Shown: in pieces, positions 63,181-64,000 of the stretch | How the letters are laid out: each line of letters begins with the position of its first letter | Numbering within the stretch: the first letter of the stretch is position 1 | Assembly (NCBI GenBank): GCA_965649765.1 | Contig: OZ287750.1 | Location: forward strand, 23,126,001 to 23,190,000 | Reading direction: 5' to 3' | From: Bispira polyomma | Lineage: Eukaryota | Length of the DNA: 64,000 bases | Notes under the pieces: model-generated | The model's input: only the letters and a program-made list of their open reading frames with translations | What the model was told of the DNA's origin: nothing | Databases searched by the model: none | Position numbers and translations under genes: made by a program

Positions 63181-64000
63181 ATTATTATTATTATTATTAT
63201 GGATTTTTAACGCGCTTTATTGATGCTAGGTATCTTCTAAAGCGCAACAGCAGAATCATTAGTCCAATCATTAAGTCCGTGGAAATTGCAAAGTCGTAAG
63301 GAAGGAAGTGGGAGCGTGCACGAGGAAAGCTAAGGTGGGTAGGCAAGATTAAAAAGATAGGTTTTAAGCTTTTTCCTAAAACCGATAAGCGTATCAACTG
63401 ATCTGAGGTCGACTGGGAGACTGTTCCATAACCGTGGAGCTGCAGTGGAGAATGCTCTGAAACCCGCCTTTCTGATTGGTCTGACCGAAGTGACAGAGAG
63501 TCTGTTTCCTCTCTTACGGTTACTGAAGGAAAGAAGGGAGGCAAGGTAGGGTGGCTGTTGAGTGACTACAGCCTTAAAAGTGGTAACGTGAATCTTAAAA
63601 CAAAATTCGAGATTCAATGGGCAACCAGTGTAATTTTTTGAGGTAAGGAGTGACATCTGTGCGACAACCCAGGCGAAAAATGACCCTACATAGGTAGTTT
63701 TGGATGGACTGGAGCTTTTTAATGTTTGACTTGTTTGCTTCGTACAAGAGAGAATTGCAGTAGTCGAGGCGGCTACTCACAAGGGCATTTGCCACAGTTA
63801 TCGCTGTGTCCATGGACAAGTGGTTTCTGATTCTTTTGATGTCATGTATGTGGTAATAGCAGGAGCGACAGATGTTGGCAACATGCGTATCGAACGAAAA
63901 AGCTGAATCAAAAGTGACACCCAGGTTTTTAGCATTTTCGGAAGGTAGTATGTCTTTTCCCAGCAGGGAGATGGGAAACAAAGATTTTAGGAGTTCACTG
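63181..64000 (-). mobile_element. L2-clade LINE 3' portion extending beyond the window
   Basis: KNLGVTFDS, SSRLDYCNSLLY, LHWLPI, KLKTYLFNLAYPP; (TAA)n tail at 63181-63199. Confidence 0.9.

Overview
AT-rich, intron-rich animal genomic DNA. The repeat content suggests a lophotrochozoan, probably a gastropod mollusc (inference). Four spliced protein-coding genes can be reconstructed by hand. (1) A minus-strand two-Ig-domain protein with a GPI-like tail (exons 21042-15558; first exon not found). (2) CHCHD7/COX23, minus strand, 33166-28114, 3 coding exons, 107 aa. (3) A plus-strand ~1306-aa protein (34756-47154, 8 coding exons) joining a PRDM10/15-type zinc knuckle and PR/SET domain to a complete 7-finger PLAG1/PLAGL-type C2H2 array and a Q/S/T/P-rich tail. 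(4) The first four coding exons of DHRS11 (from 56924, running off the window). The main observation is that the PR-PLAG gene lies head-to-head with CHCHD7, the same arrangement as vertebrate PLAG1-CHCHD7. This suggests an ancient divergent gene pair and an ancestral PLAG that carried a PR domain. The rest is LINE fragments (CR1-like, L2-like), tRNA-derived SINEs (some with TSDs, one nested), many MITEs and tandem repeats, including arrays that duplicate a splice donor and a splice acceptor of the Ig gene. All homology calls come from recalled sequences and motifs, not database searches.
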